From Halalkalibacterium halodurans (GTDB lineage: Bacteria; Bacillota; Bacilli; Bacillales; Bacillaceae_D): 32,000 nt of DNA. Location: the NCBI RefSeq assembly GCF_004376175.1, contig NZ_SNUY01000008.1, positions 1-32,000 on the forward strand, given 5' to 3'. The translations under genes and the position numbers were made by a program. Position 1 is the stretch's first letter. Every line of letters starts with the position of its first letter. Under the pieces are notes generated by a model. That model had not been told where the DNA came from and searched no databases. It was given only the letters and a program-made list of their open reading frames with translations. Positions 1 to 7,053 of the stretch are shown in pieces.

Positions 1-2
1 TG

Positions 3-44
3 GAATTGGGTGTTGTGGTAACCTCAATTATCTACAGAATTTAA
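3..44 (+). CDS. 3' end of an upstream CDS (translates ELGVVVTSIIYRI*). By synteny it may be the C-terminus of the YqeH ribosome-biogenesis GTPase.
   Basis: Open frame 3 from the window edge to TAA at 42-44. In B. subtilis yqeH lies upstream of aroE. There is only a weak resemblance to the remembered YqeH C-terminus. Confidence 0.3.
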   Translation, partial: ELGVVVTSIIYRI

Positions 45-148
45 GGGGGTGGCAATTTTTTTGCTTATAAAGCCCTCTAATATAGGATTTAATAACCTAT
101 TTTTATATAAAGTTTTGACAATACGATTAATTTAGGGGGAGAGAAAAG

Positions 149-985
149 ATGAAAAAGCTTTTTGGTCTTTTGGGGCACCCTGTCGGTCATTCATTATCAC
201 CGCTCATGCATAACCAAATGTTTCAATTGTTAGATTTCGATGGTTATTACCATGCATTCGACGTGGAGCCGTCTCAGTTAGAAAAAGCTGTAGAAGGGGC
301 TCGGGCGTTACAAATGCAAGGCTTCAATGTGACAATCCCGCATAAGGTGACAATTATGGATTATCTCGACATGGTCGATGAAGAAGCGCAAGAAATTGGA
401 GCTGTAAATACGGTGGTAATGAAAGACGGGCAATTGTTCGGTTCTAATACAGATGGGCAAGGGTACTTAGAGTCTTTGATGGATGTTGTGACAACTCCTT
501 TTCCGACACACGATGTGTTGATTATTGGTGCAGGTGGTGCCGCTCGAGCGATCGGGATGGTGCTTAAACGGGAGAAGGTTCGATCCATTACGATCGCGAA
601 TCGAACGTTGGCAAAAGCCAAGGAATTTAGCGAAGTCCTTGAATCGAGTGAGACAAGCTGTTCAGCTCTTTCCCTAAAAGAAGCTGAACAACAACTAGAA
701 CGTTTCTCGGTTATTATTAACACTACATCTGTCGGGATGAGCCCCCGTGTCGACGATATGCCTTTATACCTTGAACGTTTATCAAGGGAGACGGTTGTTA
801 GCGATTTAATCTATAATCCACTTGAAACGAAATTTTTACGTGAAGCCAAACAAAAAGGCGCAAAAACGGTAGATGGGTTAGGGATGTTTGTCAATCAAGG
901 GGCGCTTGCTTTCGAATTATGGACAGGTTTACGCCCTGATCGTGAAAAAATGAGACGCTGTGTTTTAGAACAGCTAGGAGGATAA
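149..985 (+). CDS. aroE: Shikimate 5-dehydrogenase
   Basis: 278-aa ORF with an N-terminal [12 protein letters not shown] motif, NVTIPHK, a GAGGAARA Rossmann motif and a C-terminal GxxMFVxQG typical of AroE. GGGGGAGAG SD sits 6 nt upstream of the ATG. Confidence 0.93.
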   Translation: MKKLFGLLGHPVGHSLSPLMHNQMFQLLDFDGYYHAFDVEPSQLEKAVEGARALQMQGFNVTIPHKVTIMDYLDMVDEEAQEIGAVNTVVMKDGQLFGSNTDGQGYLESLMDVVTTPFPTHDVLIIGAGGAARAIGMVLKREKVRSITIANRTLAKAKEFSEVLESSETSCSALSLKEAEQQLERFSVIINTTSVGMSPRVDDMPLYLERLSRETVVSDLIYNPLETKFLREAKQKGAKTVDGLGMFVNQGALAFELWTGLRPDREKMRRCVLEQLGG

Positions 986-991
986 TGCAAT

Positions 992-1282
992 ATGTTAACA
1001 GGAAAGCAAAAACGTTTTTTACGGGCGAAAGCTCACCACCTTCAGCCTATTTTTCAAGTAGGAAAAGGTGGGGTCAATGAGAACATGGTTAAACAAATTA
1101 GTGAAGCTCTTGAAGCGCGCGAATTAATTAAAGTCAGCGTACTACAAAATTGCGAAGAGGATCGTGACGAGGTGGCCGAGGCTTTGGCTACCGGTGCTGA
1201 AGCTGAACTCGTTCAAGTGATCGGCAATGTTATTGTGTTATATAAGGAATCAAAAGAACAGAAAACAATTGAGTTGCCGTAG
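992..1282 (+). CDS. yhbY: YhbY/CRS1-family RNA-binding protein (B. subtilis YqeI)
   Basis: 96-aa ORF containing LTGKQKRFLRAKAHHLQPIFQVGKGGV, the classic CRM-domain start. AGGAGGA SD is present and the position between aroE and nadD matches synteny. Confidence 0.9.
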   Translation: MLTGKQKRFLRAKAHHLQPIFQVGKGGVNENMVKQISEALEARELIKVSVLQNCEEDRDEVAEALATGAEAELVQVIGNVIVLYKESKEQKTIELP

Positions 1283-1300
1283 GAAGGGAGCGGAAACGGA

Positions 1301-1924
1301 GTGAAGCGCATCGGACTTTTAGGGGGAACGTTCGACCCGCCGCATATCGGTCATCTTTTATTGGCGCAAGAGGCGATACATTGTGCGGACTTGGATGAAG
1401 TTTGGTTCGTACCGGTCGGCATCCCTCCCCATAAAGAGCGAGAGGAGATCGCTTCCAACGATGATCGGCTTGCCATGATCAAGAGAGCGATTAAAGGGAA
1501 GGAAACGCTTTTTAACATCTGCACAATCGAGTTAGAGCGAGAAGGGAAATCGTACACCATTGATACGGTTCGGACGTTAACAAAGAAACACCCAGATGTT
1601 CGCTTCTTTTTTATTATCGGCGGCGACATGGTCAAAAGCTTACCGACATGGAAAGGGATCGATGAGTTACTTGCCACTGTAACGTTCATTGGCTTTAAGC
1701 GACCAGGTGTTTTGCTTGATTCCCCTTATCAAGACCAACTGATGCTCGTAGAGGGGCCAGAGGTGAACGTTTCATCGACGATGATCCGTGAGCGGATGAC
1801 GGAAGGGAAACCGATCTCGTACTTATTACCTTTAGATGTAGAACGCTATATTTATGAAAAGGGGTTGTACAAAACCAATGAATCGCGGAAAAGCCCTTCA
1901 GTTAGTAAAACCTCATCTAACTGA
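1301..1924 (+). CDS. nadD: Nicotinate-nucleotide adenylyltransferase, with a C-terminal tail about 17 aa longer than I remember for B. subtilis NadD
   Basis: GTG start preceded by GGAAGGGAG. GGTFDPPHIGH (the HxGH nucleotidyltransferase motif) and SSTMIRER are present. The 3' end overlaps the yqeK frame. Confidence 0.92.
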   Translation: MKRIGLLGGTFDPPHIGHLLLAQEAIHCADLDEVWFVPVGIPPHKEREEIASNDDRLAMIKRAIKGKETLFNICTIELEREGKSYTIDTVRTLTKKHPDVRFFFIIGGDMVKSLPTWKGIDELLATVTFIGFKRPGVLLDSPYQDQLMLVEGPEVNVSSTMIRERMTEGKPISYLLPLDVERYIYEKGLYKTNESRKSPSVSKTSSN

Positions 1925-2441
1925 ACATCGTTACCAACACACCATTGGGGTAATGGAAACGGCGATTGATTTGGCAAAGCTTTATGGTGCGGATCAACAA
2001 AAGGCTGAGCTTGCTGCCATTTTTCATGATTATGCCAAATTTAGAGATAAAAATGAAATGAGAACTTTAATAAGGGAAAAGCTGTCGCAGCAGGATATAT
2101 TATTTTATGGAGATGAGCTGTTGCATGCTCCATGTGGTGCATACTATGTACGAGAAGAAGTCGGAATTGAGGATGAAGACGTTCTTCAAGCGATACGCTT
2201 CCATACAACGGGGAGGCCGAATATGAGTCTGTTGGAGAAAATTATTTTTCTAGCTGATTATATAGAACCAAACCGTCAATTTCCCGGTGTGGAAAAAGTG
2301 CGCACACAAGCAAAAACAGATTTGAATGGCGCCATTATTTCTTCTTTAGTAAATACAATTACGTTTTTGCTTAAAAAAAACCAGCCTATATATCCTGATA
2401 CCCTTGCAACATACAATCAGTTACTATTAGAACAGAAATGA
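1878..2441 (+). CDS. yqeK: HD-domain protein YqeK (bis(5'-nucleosyl)-tetraphosphatase family)
   Basis: Contains TEHRYQHTIGV...FHDYAK...FHTTG...LADYIEP HD-domain motifs. I chose ATG 1878 (MNRGKALQLV) by analogy with the B. subtilis YqeK N-terminus. The in-frame ATG at 1854 is an alternative, and the SD for either start is weak. Confidence 0.88.
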   Translation: MNRGKALQLVKPHLTEHRYQHTIGVMETAIDLAKLYGADQQKAELAAIFHDYAKFRDKNEMRTLIREKLSQQDILFYGDELLHAPCGAYYVREEVGIEDEDVLQAIRFHTTGRPNMSLLEKIIFLADYIEPNRQFPGVEKVRTQAKTDLNGAIISSLVNTITFLLKKNQPIYPDTLATYNQLLLEQK

Positions 2442-2460
2442 TGGGAGGAGTGAAACACAA

Positions 2461-2814
2461 ATGTCAAATCAAGAACTATTGCAACTGGCGGTAAATGCTG
2501 TGGACGATAAAAAAGCAGAACAAGTCGTTGCCTTAAATATGAAGGGGATTTCATTAATTGCTGATTTTTTTCTCATCTGTCATGGGAACTCCGAAAAACA
2601 AGTACAAGCAATTGCTCATGAATTAAAAAAAGTAGCACAGGAACAAGGCATTGAAATTAAACGTCTTGAAGGCTATGAACAAGCGAGATGGGTACTGATT
2701 GATCTCGGTGATGTGGTCGTTCACGTGTTTCATAAAGATGAGCGCGCATACTACAACTTAGAAAAGCTCTGGGGAGATGCGCCAACTGTTGAATTAGAAG
2801 GAGTTATTAGTTAA
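2461..2814 (+). CDS. rsfS: Ribosome silencing factor RsfS (YqeL/iojap family)
   Basis: 117-aa ORF with the DFFLICHGNSxxQVQAIA...W(V)LIDLGDVVVHVF...ERxxYxLEKLW signature. GGGAGGAG SD is present. Confidence 0.92.
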   Translation: MSNQELLQLAVNAVDDKKAEQVVALNMKGISLIADFFLICHGNSEKQVQAIAHELKKVAQEQGIEIKRLEGYEQARWVLIDLGDVVVHVFHKDERAYYNLEKLWGDAPTVELEGVIS

Positions 2815-3686
2815 TGAGTTTAAAGCCAGGTTATCAAGTGACAATGCGCGTGGACCGTGTTCGTGATTTTGGGGCCTTTCTAACAGATGAAAGGAAGCAA
2901 GAAGAAGTGTTTCTTCATAAACGGGAAATGACGAGAGAGGTTTCGGAAGGCGATGAGGTTACGGTTTTTTTATATCATGACCACAAAGGTCGTTTAACTG
3001 GGACAATGGAAGAACCGCTCCTCACAGTCGGTGAACTCGCTTGGCTCGAGGTCGTTGCTGTGAAGGACGGGCACGGATTGTTTTTGCATAACGGTGTTTC
3101 CCGTGATCTGTTTCTTTCCATCGATGAATTGCCGACTGATCGATCCATTTGGCCACAAGTGGGTGACCGACTTCCCGTATCGTTAACATGGGATAAAAAA
3201 GGGCGGTTAATGGGGAAATTGGTGAAAGGACAACCTTTGGAAGAGCAAGCTAATAAAGCAACGAATAATCTCCGAAAAAAAGAAGTGCATGGCACAGTCT
3301 ACCATTTTCTCGACGATGGCGCTGTTTTGTTTACAGAAGAAGGTTATCTTGGCTATTTGCATAAAACAGAAATGGAGACGAAGCCGAGATTAGGGGAACG
3401 TATCACAGCGAGAGTATTATATGTTCGTGAAGACGGTCGGATCAATGTCACCACATTCCCTGTACGAACAGAACGGCAAAAAGAGGATGCGGACGTCATT
3501 TTTGACTATTTGTGTTCCCGTGGAGGGGCCATGCCGTTTTCTGATCGAACTCCACCGGAGGATATTAAAAAACGTTTTGATATGAGTAAAGCGTCGTTTA
3601 AACGGGCCCTCGGAAAGCTCCTGAAGGAAGGGAAAGTTTATCAAGAGGATGGATGGACGTATCGCAAGGAGAGCCGAGAGCAATGA
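2814..3686 (+). CDS. cvfB: S1-like RNA-binding protein of the CvfB/YitL family
   Basis: 290-aa ORF with repeated S1-like segments (RDFGAFL, GLFLH, GYLGYLHKTE). Its C-terminal winged-helix-like block (FDMSKASFKRALGKLLKEGKV) closely resembles the S. aureus CvfB C-terminus as I remember it. The start overlaps the rsfS stop (TAATG) and the stop overlaps the yqeM start (ATGA). Confidence 0.82.
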   Translation: MSLKPGYQVTMRVDRVRDFGAFLTDERKQEEVFLHKREMTREVSEGDEVTVFLYHDHKGRLTGTMEEPLLTVGELAWLEVVAVKDGHGLFLHNGVSRDLFLSIDELPTDRSIWPQVGDRLPVSLTWDKKGRLMGKLVKGQPLEEQANKATNNLRKKEVHGTVYHFLDDGAVLFTEEGYLGYLHKTEMETKPRLGERITARVLYVREDGRINVTTFPVRTERQKEDADVIFDYLCSRGGAMPFSDRTPPEDIKKRFDMSKASFKRALGKLLKEGKVYQEDGWTYRKESREQ

Positions 3687-4426
3687 ATTACGAGATGTTT
3701 GCTAAATTATACGACCGATTAATGGCTGATGCGCCATATGATCGTTGGGCAAAACTCGTGGAGGAAGAAATCCGAAAGGCGATATTCTCAGATGTAAACC
3801 TACTGGATATTGGCTGTGGGACAGGCCGTTTGCTTAAGATATTAAGTGAGCGAGGCTATGCCTGTACAGGCGTCGATCAATCGGCGAACATGCTCGTGAT
3901 TGCGAGAGAGGCGTTAGCTCAAAAAGGGGTTCAAGTCCCTTTATTTCAGCAAGATATGACCGAGTTCTATACCGGAGAAACGTATCAAGTGATCACGATC
4001 TTTTGTGACTCCTTGAATTACGTGATAACCGAAGAAGGAGTTGTCCAAACGTTTCAGCGGGTATTTGACCATTTAGATCAACAGGGAGTGTTCATGTTTG
4101 ACGTCCATTCTCCTACAAAGCTCAGGAACCATTTTATCGGAAAAACGTTCGCTGATGCGGATGAAGAAATTTCATATATATGGCAGAGCTTTGCTGGTGA
4201 AGCTGAACAATCGGTTGAGCACGAGCTTACGTTTTTTGTACGTAATGAGACTGGCTCCTATGATCGTTATGAAGAACTCCACATTCAACGGGGGTATCCA
4301 ATTGAGCGTTACGTGGACTGGCTAAAAGAGGCGGGTTTCTCACGTATAGACATCACTGCTGATTTTACAAATGAGGCACCAACCGAAAATAGTGAGCGGA
4401 TTTTTTTTAAAGCTTATAAAAAATAA
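3683..4426 (+). CDS. yqeM: Class I SAM-dependent methyltransferase (YqeM-like)
   Basis: Contains the LLDIGCGTGRL SAM-binding motif I. The position after rsfS matches B. subtilis. I moved the start to ATG 3683 (MNYEMFAKLYD), which has an AAGGAGAG SD and an ATGA overlap with the upstream stop. Confidence 0.88.
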   Translation: MNYEMFAKLYDRLMADAPYDRWAKLVEEEIRKAIFSDVNLLDIGCGTGRLLKILSERGYACTGVDQSANMLVIAREALAQKGVQVPLFQQDMTEFYTGETYQVITIFCDSLNYVITEEGVVQTFQRVFDHLDQQGVFMFDVHSPTKLRNHFIGKTFADADEEISYIWQSFAGEAEQSVEHELTFFVRNETGSYDRYEELHIQRGYPIERYVDWLKEAGFSRIDITADFTNEAPTENSERIFFKAYKK

Positions 4427-4456
4427 ACAGGAATTTGCTTTTGCGTAGCGAAAATG

Positions 4457-4486
4457 ATAAAGGGCAGGGATATCCCTGTCCTTTAT
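4457..4486. terminator. Bidirectional terminator hairpin between the convergent yqeM and comER genes
   Basis: ATAAAGGGCAGGG-ATAT-CCCTGTCCTTTAT forms a 13-bp stem with one G.U pair, flanked by A/T-rich sequence on both sides. Confidence 0.75.
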
Positions 4487-4504
4487 CTCTTACAAGGAGG
4501 TGAC

Positions 4505-5332
4505 TCAACCCTTTAACGTAAGCTGAGACGAAATTTTCTCCTGTTCGTGATAATATTTTTGATGGGTTTTCTGAAACAGGCGATCAAACATGTGACCCAC
4601 GTCTTCCTCTAACACGCGGATCCCTTCCCCAGTAATACCTCCAGGTACACATACCCGTTTTTGTAACGTCGGTAAAGTATATAATTCCTGATCTAACAAT
4701 TTCCCAATCCCAATTAACATTTCGGTCGCTAACACCGTCGCGTCTTCTTCGGAAATCGCTGTTTGCCGAACCGCTGCCTCAATGAAACGTTGCGTTAAAT
4801 AACTAAAAAATGCGGGCCCGCAACTTACGATATCTGAAGATACCCGTGTAATTTTTTCTTCAATCAATAATGGCTCTGAAATGGTGCCCAATAAGCCGCA
4901 AAGGAACGACCGATCCTCTTCAAGACAACGCTCACTGAAGCTAACGAGCGTTGAACCCGCGAAAGCCCGATTTAAGATGCTCGGAATGGCTCGGGCCACT
5001 TTGCAATCAACAGAGTTTTCTAATTGGGCGATTGAGATTGGGCTTGTGATCGAGACGAGCAGTTTGTTTGCCGAACAATGGGGACGTATGTCCATTAACA
5101 CGCGGTGGAACTGCATCGGTTTTACACAAACAAAAAAGCAGTCAGTCTGCTGAACGACCTCCTCTGGGTGATCAACTACCGATAGCCCGGGATACCGACG
5201 AGCCAACGCATCTGCCTTTTCCCGTGTGCGATTTGTTATCACCATTTGTTCGGCTGTTAAGGCGGATGATTCGAGAAATGATTCAATGAGAATTGTTCCC
5301 ATACTTCCTGTCCCAATAAACCCGATTTTCAT
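4505..5332 (-). CDS. comER: ComER, a late-competence-locus protein of the pyrroline-5-carboxylate reductase family
   Basis: The N-terminus MKIGFIGTGSMGTILIESFLES is nearly identical to the remembered B. subtilis ComER start. AAGGAGG SD is present. The gene is oriented divergently from comEA. Confidence 0.88.
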   Translation of the reverse strand: MKIGFIGTGSMGTILIESFLESSALTAEQMVITNRTREKADALARRYPGLSVVDHPEEVVQQTDCFFVCVKPMQFHRVLMDIRPHCSANKLLVSITSPISIAQLENSVDCKVARAIPSILNRAFAGSTLVSFSERCLEEDRSFLCGLLGTISEPLLIEEKITRVSSDIVSCGPAFFSYLTQRFIEAAVRQTAISEEDATVLATEMLIGIGKLLDQELYTLPTLQKRVCVPGGITGEGIRVLEEDVGHMFDRLFQKTHQKYYHEQEKISSQLTLKG

Positions 5333-5428
5333 GATGTCGCCTCCTTCTCGCTGCTACCATCAAGTTGACATATGATGGATCCTTACTTACACATGTATGA
5401 CAGGAGTTAGGAGAATATGTTTGTTGTC

Positions 5429-5689
5429 TTATTTTTGCATGCGTAACGCGTAAGTCTTGACCATCTCAACGGTTACAAGTTTACGTGTAGGCAATTGATA
5501 TAGTTTAGCTAGTTGATTCATCTCTTCTGTGATTCGATTAATGGCTGTGGTTGTGAAAGGCTTGCCTTGCTTCGCTTCGCTTACCGCTTTTTCGATCGCT
5601 GCCTCTCGCTTTTGATCCATTTGTTGAAACTGTTTTTGCGCTTGACGATGCTTTTTGATTTGGTCTGCAATTTGTAAATGTACGCTCAT
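5429..5689 (-). CDS. Hypothetical small basic protein, 86 aa, probably helical, with no family recognised
   Basis: AAAGGAG SD lies 7 nt upstream of the ATG on the minus strand. The frame is clean and the composition is protein-like (16 K/R versus 8 D/E, no Cys). It lies 96 nt upstream of comER on the same strand with no convincing terminator between them. Confidence 0.6.
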   Translation of the reverse strand: MSVHLQIADQIKKHRQAQKQFQQMDQKREAAIEKAVSEAKQGKPFTTTAINRITEEMNQLAKLYQLPTRKLVTVEMVKTYALRMQK

Positions 5690-5729
5690 TTTGGGCTCCT
5701 TTCTCGCTCGATCGTGAGGTGATTAATAA

Positions 5730-6362
5730 ATGAAATTTTTTCCATTGACAAAAAGGGAGCAGTTGGTGAGTGTGGTCGCTCTCATTTTCGCTCTGATAGT
5801 AAGTGTAATGGTCTTTTTGGCCTTTGGCAATGTTGGATTAAAAGAAAATAACCAGGCTGAGGAGGACATATTTATGTCTTTTGATAACAATCAGCCCTTA
5901 TCGGAGGCTGACAAGCAGCTTGATGGAACGAATGAACGGTTGGTGGTCGACGTGAAGGGAGCTGTGGAACATCCTGGCGTTTATGAGATGGTACAAGGGG
6001 AACGGGTGATTGACGTAATTGAAAAGGCGGGTGGTATGACAGAAAAGGCTGCTGCTGAAAGTGTCAACTTAGCGGTAAAATTACACGATGAGATGTTTAT
6101 TTATGTTCCTGAACAAGGTGAAGCTGAACAGTCTCTCCCTGAACAGCAAAATGAGCAAGGGGATACCCAGATGGTCGTATTAAATCGAGCGACTGAAGTG
6201 GAACTACAATCATTACCAGGAATTGGCCCTGCTAAAGCGACAGCGATCATCTCCTACCGTGAAGAGCATGGAGCCTTTTCTTCATTGGAGGAGCTAATGA
6301 ACGTCTCAGGAATTGGGGAAAAGTCATATGAAAAGCTCGCCCCTTACTTGCGGTTGAATTAG
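5730..6362 (+). CDS. comEA: ComEA competence DNA receptor (N-terminal TM helix, SLBB-like domain, C-terminal helix-hairpin-helix)
   Basis: The C-terminus contains LQSLPGIGPAKATAIISYREEHGAFSSLEELMNVSGIGEKSYEKL, a tandem HhH. An N-terminal hydrophobic helix is present, and a GAGGTGA SD lies 7 nt upstream. Confidence 0.92.
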   Translation: MKFFPLTKREQLVSVVALIFALIVSVMVFLAFGNVGLKENNQAEEDIFMSFDNNQPLSEADKQLDGTNERLVVDVKGAVEHPGVYEMVQGERVIDVIEKAGGMTEKAAAESVNLAVKLHDEMFIYVPEQGEAEQSLPEQQNEQGDTQMVVLNRATEVELQSLPGIGPAKATAIISYREEHGAFSSLEELMNVSGIGEKSYEKLAPYLRLN

Positions 6363-6425
6363 GACATTGACGAAGTAGTGAGCGTCCACTACACTTACAG
6401 GAGACAAAATGTAGAGGTGAGCAAG

Positions 6426-6992
6426 TTGAATCGAATTTCTTGGGATCAATATTTTATGGCACAGAGCCACTTGTTAGCACTTCGGAGTACGTGTACTCGC
6501 CTTATGGTAGGGGCGACGATCGTTCGCGATAAGCGGATTATTGCTGGTGGTTACAACGGATCGATTTCAGGTGGGCCTCATTGTATTGATGAAGGCTGTT
6601 ACGTTGTTGAGGGGCATTGCATTCGAACGATTCATGCTGAAGTGAATGCGTTATTGCAATGTGCAAAATTCGGGGTACCTACAGAGGGCGCAGAAATTTA
6701 TGTAACCCACTTTCCGTGTGTGAACTGTACGAAAGCCATTATTCAAAGTGGTATTAAAAAAGTTTACTATGCAACGGACTATAAAAATTCCCCGTATGCT
6801 GAAGAGTTGTTTCGTGATGCGGGGGTAGACGTGGAGCAGGTCGAATTAGAAGAAATGATTTTGGACCGGCACAACGAAGAAAAACTAACGTTTACTGCTG
6901 ATTTGTTAAAAAGGCTGGCTGAAACTGGCTATGACGAAGCTGAGATCCGTCAATTGCACGAAAAGGCCAACCGTCTTTATACATCTTCTTAA
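6426..6992 (+). CDS. comEB: ComEB, dCMP deaminase family
   Basis: RISWDQYFMAQSHLLALRSTC..HAE..PCxxC zinc-deaminase motifs are nearly collinear with B. subtilis ComEB. I chose TTG 6426 because a GAGGTG SD lies 6 nt upstream. In-frame GTG codons at 6417 and 6378 are alternatives. Confidence 0.88.
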   Translation: MNRISWDQYFMAQSHLLALRSTCTRLMVGATIVRDKRIIAGGYNGSISGGPHCIDEGCYVVEGHCIRTIHAEVNALLQCAKFGVPTEGAEIYVTHFPCVNCTKAIIQSGIKKVYYATDYKNSPYAEELFRDAGVDVEQVELEEMILDRHNEEKLTFTADLLKRLAETGYDEAEIRQLHEKANRLYTSS

Positions 6993-7053
6993 ATCGCTAA
7001 TGGGCGAATGATCCTTCCTAATTCTTAAACCTAGGTTCATGTGAGGTGATGGC

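Noticed and set aside
115-120. A consensus TTGACA upstream of aroE as a -35 box.
   Set aside because: No acceptable -10 hexamer lies 16-18 nt downstream. That position falls in the SD region (GGGGGAGAG) only about 10 nt from the ATG.
361-723. The 120-aa minus-strand ORF inside aroE. Similar antisense or alternate-frame ORFs occur at 1351-1689, 2975-3295, 3417-3683, 4881-5153, 8573-8926, 15566-16336, 18325-18588, 18880-19149, 20822-21145, 24869-25390, 25789-26643 and 29157-29758.
   Set aside because: Each lies entirely within, and antisense or out of frame to, a strongly recognisable conserved gene. They lack SD sequences and have odd composition (Ser/Arg/Cys/Pro-rich), typical of shadow ORFs.
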